Origin: a bacterium
Lineage (GTDB): Bacteria; Electryoneota; Electryoneia; Electryoneales; Electryoneaceae
Direction of reading: 5' to 3'
DNA length: 64,000 bases
Assembly: GCA_963675295.2 (NCBI GenBank)
Contig: CAXXKJ010000002.1
Coordinates: 256,001-320,000, forward strand
The translations under genes were made by a program, and so were the position numbers. Position 1 is the stretch's first letter; each line of letters starts with the position of its first letter. This document shows, in pieces, positions 61,146 to 64,000 of the stretch. The notes below the pieces were generated by a model. It was given only the letters and a program-made list of their open reading frames with translations. It was not told the origin of the DNA and ran no database searches.

Positions 61146-61931
61146 CTACTTCGCCACCCCCGTCATCCGCTCGAAGTTTTCGTCCGCGCCTTCCGGCGAT
61201 TTTAGTTCGCCGAGCGGGTAGTAGGGGATCATGTTGTCCTTCAGCCATTTGGTTGAATCGGTCGGCGTCATGCCCCAGTTTGTCGGGCAGGTGCTGAGGA
61301 TTTCGACCATGCTGAAGCAGGTCGCCTTGTCCTGGTACTGGAAGGCTTTCCGGATCATCGCCTTGGTCCTGATCGCCCATTGCGGGGAATGGACCGACCC
61401 ACGCGCGATGTAGGCCGGGGTGCGCAGCGTGGACAGCAGCTCGCGCATCCGGATCGGCCAGCCGGCGAGCTCGACGTCACGTCCTGTCGGGCTGGTGGTT
61501 GTCACCTGGCCCGGCAGCGTGGTCGGTGCCATCTGGCCGCCGGTCATGCCATAGATCGCATTGTTGACGAAGATGACAGTGATTTTTTCGCCACGGTTGG
61601 CGGCGTGCAGGATCTCGTTACCGCCGATGGACGCGAGGTCGCCGTCCCCCTGGTACGCGAACACGATCTTCTCCGGCGAGACACGTTTCATCCCGGTCGC
61701 GAAGGCCGGCGCACGGCCGTGCGCGGCTTCGAGGAAGTCGCAGTTGAAGTAGTTGTAGCAGAGCACCGAGCAGCCCACCGGCGCGACACCGACCGCGCGT
61801 TCACGCATGTGCAGCTCGTCCAATACTTCCGCGACGAGACGGTGCGCGACACCATGCGTACACCCGGGACAGTAGTGGGTGTGGTTCGATGACATCGCTT
61901 CGGGCTTGCAGAAAATCGTGTTCTCGGCCAT
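61146..61931 (-). CDS. 2-oxoacid:ferredoxin oxidoreductase beta (TPP-binding) subunit
   Basis: YCPGCTHG, PVGC, HGRA, YQGDGD...GG.......NN..YGMTGGQ, STCPTNWG. Confidence 0.93.
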   Translation of the reverse strand: MAENTIFCKPEAMSSNHTHYCPGCTHGVAHRLVAEVLDELHMRERAVGVAPVGCSVLCYNYFNCDFLEAAHGRAPAFATGMKRVSPEKIVFAYQGDGDLASIGGNEILHAANRGEKITVIFVNNAIYGMTGGQMAPTTLPGQVTTTSPTGRDVELAGWPIRMRELLSTLRTPAYIARGSVHSPQWAIRTKAMIRKAFQYQDKATCFSMVEILSTCPTNWGMTPTDSTKWLKDNMIPYYPLGELKSPEGADENFERMTGVAK

Positions 61932-61956
61932 GATGACCTCTATTCGATGTGGGGTC

Positions 61957-62059
61957 GGGGACATCTGAACGGATCGTTTCTGTTGGTTGAATCCGCAGCA
62001 GGGTTCACTCCACCGTTACGTGTGGCTGAACGTTGCGCGTCAATCCGTTCAGGTGTCCC
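61957..62059. repeat. 17-bp inverted repeat pair
   Basis: GGGACATCTGAACGGAT ... ATCCGTTCAGGTGTCCC (one mismatch); related GGGGACAC hairpin at 58835-58870. Confidence 0.7.
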
Positions 62060-62156
62060 CTTCCTTTTCGTTACCAAATCTGCCCCGGACATTCATGTCC
62101 AGGATCAACTCAACGTCTTTCGACTTTGTACTTCTGTACTCAGTACGTCCGTTCTA

Positions 62157-63308
62157 CTACTTCTTCTTCGTGGCCGGTTTTTTCGCGGCCGGTTTCTTCG
62201 CGGTGGTCTTTTTTGTTGCTGGTTTCTTTGCCGACGCAGAGGCTTTCTTCGGTAACAGTTTCCGAATCGCATCGATCACTTCTTCCGGGGACGGTACAAT
62301 CCCGCCCTGACGTCCGAAGAAGCTGATCGGCTTGCGGTTGTTGGTGTACAGCCGCACGTCCTCAATCATCTGCCCGTTGTTCATCTCGACGCTGAGGAAC
62401 TGCTTGACGTGCGCTTTCTGGCTCAGCTCGTCAATCGCGACGGCAGGGAAGGGGTAAAGGCTGATAGGCCGGAACAGCGCGACATCCACACCCTCACCGT
62501 TCAGCACGTCGATCGCGGTCTTGCAGACACGGGCGGCAGTGCCGAACGACACGATGATCAGCTCCGGCTTGCCGAGGCCGCCGTACATCTCATGCTTCTG
62601 TTCGTGCTTCGTGATCGTGGCGTACTTCTCGGCGAGGTGATGGTTGTGCGCTTCGTTGTCGGCCGGGTTCAGGTACAGCGTTTTGATGATGTGCTTCTCG
62701 CGTCCTTTTGCTCCGGTCACGGCCCAGCTGGAATGGTCAGCGGGGGTGCCGGTCTTGACGGCGTCGAAGTCGACCGGTTCCATCATCTGCCCGATCAGGC
62801 CGTCCGCAAAGATCATCACCGGGTTGCGGTACTTGTCGGCGAGGTCGAACGCGACCATCATGTGTTCGACCGCTTCCTGTACCGTGGACGGCGCGAGCAC
62901 GATCAGCCGGAAATCGCCGTGTCCGGAGGCGTGTGTCGCCTGGAAATAGTCGCCCTGGCTTGGCAGAATGCCGCCGAGGCCGGGGCCTGCACGGCAGACA
63001 TTGATGAACACACACGGCAGCTCGGCGCTGGTGATGTAGGATAACGCTTCGCTCATCAGGCTGATGCCCGGGCTCGAGCTGGAGGTGAAGACCCGCTTGC
63101 CGGAGGATGCCGCGCCGAAGATCATGTTGGACGCGCCCAGCTCGGATTCCGCCTGCACGAACACACCGCCGACTTCCGGCAATCTGCGCGCGAGGTATTC
63201 CGCGACTTCGGTTTGCGGGGTGATCGGGTAGGCGAAGTAACGGTCGGCACCGGCACGGATGGCCGCTTCACCGATCGCTTCGTTGCCCTTCATCAATTTC
63301 TTTGCCAT
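62157..63308 (-). CDS. vorB: 2-oxoacid:ferredoxin oxidoreductase alpha subunit (VorB-like) with Lys/Ala/Pro-rich tail
   Basis: MKGNEA, YPITPQTE, QAESE, SSSPGISL, GPGLG.I.PSQGDY, EMNNGQM. Confidence 0.9.
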   Translation of the reverse strand: MAKKLMKGNEAIGEAAIRAGADRYFAYPITPQTEVAEYLARRLPEVGGVFVQAESELGASNMIFGAASSGKRVFTSSSSPGISLMSEALSYITSAELPCVFINVCRAGPGLGGILPSQGDYFQATHASGHGDFRLIVLAPSTVQEAVEHMMVAFDLADKYRNPVMIFADGLIGQMMEPVDFDAVKTGTPADHSSWAVTGAKGREKHIIKTLYLNPADNEAHNHHLAEKYATITKHEQKHEMYGGLGKPELIIVSFGTAARVCKTAIDVLNGEGVDVALFRPISLYPFPAVAIDELSQKAHVKQFLSVEMNNGQMIEDVRLYTNNRKPISFFGRQGGIVPSPEEVIDAIRKLLPKKASASAKKPATKKTTAKKPAAKKPATKKK

Positions 63309-63407
63309 GACGGCCTCTTACTTCAGCTGTGAGTTATGAGCTGTGAGTGATGAGCCTGAAAGACAACACAAAACCACGCTCAGCACGTAGCAAGTGACGG
63401 AACTTGC

Positions 63408-63641
63408 CTAATACGGGAAATAGTTGTACTGGACGGCGTTGACGCCGATTTCGATCGCGACATCCGGGCAGGTGATCGCGCACAGGCGGCAGCCGATGCA
63501 GCGCGGCTGGTCGAACACTGTGGCGTAGAAATAGCCCTTGGCGTTGATCTTCTTCGACATCTCGATAATCTGCTGCGGGCAGGCCTGCACACACAGCTCG
63601 CAGCCTTTGCAGCGGTCGGGTTCGATGGTGACACGTGGCAT
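63408..63641 (-). CDS. 2x[4Fe-4S] ferredoxin (oxidoreductase delta subunit)
   Basis: CKGCELCVQACP and CIGCRLCAITCPD. Confidence 0.92.
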   Translation of the reverse strand: MPRVTIEPDRCKGCELCVQACPQQIIEMSKKINAKGYFYATVFDQPRCIGCRLCAITCPDVAIEIGVNAVQYNYFPY

Positions 63642-64000
63642 GAACGGATCACTTTCGGTTGTGACAATCCGCCGGTATCGTGAAAATTCGCACAAGCTGA
63701 AAACGTTGTGCGTATTGGCTGTTGGGGACTCGACTGTTCCGGCGGGAACACAGGTGAACGAAAGATAGGGGCAGGGAATTGAGCCGCGCAAATACGCCGG
63801 AGTGTGCAAACCGTTACCAGCTTTGCATAGTGTTCATTTTAACAGCGATGCTGGAAACAGTCAAAATGCCCAGCGTCCATGCGGTCTATCAGCGGGTGTG
63901 GGGTCGCCTGGGCACCAGGTCATTCACCTGTTCACCGGAGAAAGGGGAGGTTAACCATGTGAAAAGATACGCAAGAACGTGTTCTGTCAAGGGTTTCGTG

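Overview
GC-rich bacterial chromosome segment spanning the replication origin (DnaA boxes on both sides of dnaA; dnaA-dnaN-[inserted secreted protein]-dciA-like-gyrB, with no recF or gyrA here). Six secreted proteins end in a YPNPFN-type (T9SS type A/FlgD-like) sorting domain, which suggests an FCB-superphylum lineage (inference). Other loci are a crtI-crtB-acyltransferase-glycosyltransferase-cruF-crtW carotenoid operon, addB-addA-MTAP, three tandem paralogous two-TM membrane proteins, a stand-alone murG-HEAT fusion plus divergent mraY opposite a degenerate O-antigen-ligase-like gene, a hemerythrin, and a 2-oxoacid:ferredoxin oxidoreductase operon translationally coupled to a HydABC/NuoEFG-like module with no catalytic subunit. 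The most striking signal is non-coding. (1) About 20 copies of a REP-like hairpin share a GTGCCC foot and GG(A/C)T end but carry several interchangeable covarying stems; two copies sit in-frame inside a gene and a mirror-symmetric set brackets the ligase-like gene. (2) Oriented 7-nt and 9-nt periodic tracts begin at stop codons. (3) A nested 228-bp MITE-like element is duplicated, and several other palindrome families occur. I found no CRISPR array, tRNA, rRNA or transposase. All calls were read by eye and no database searches were run.
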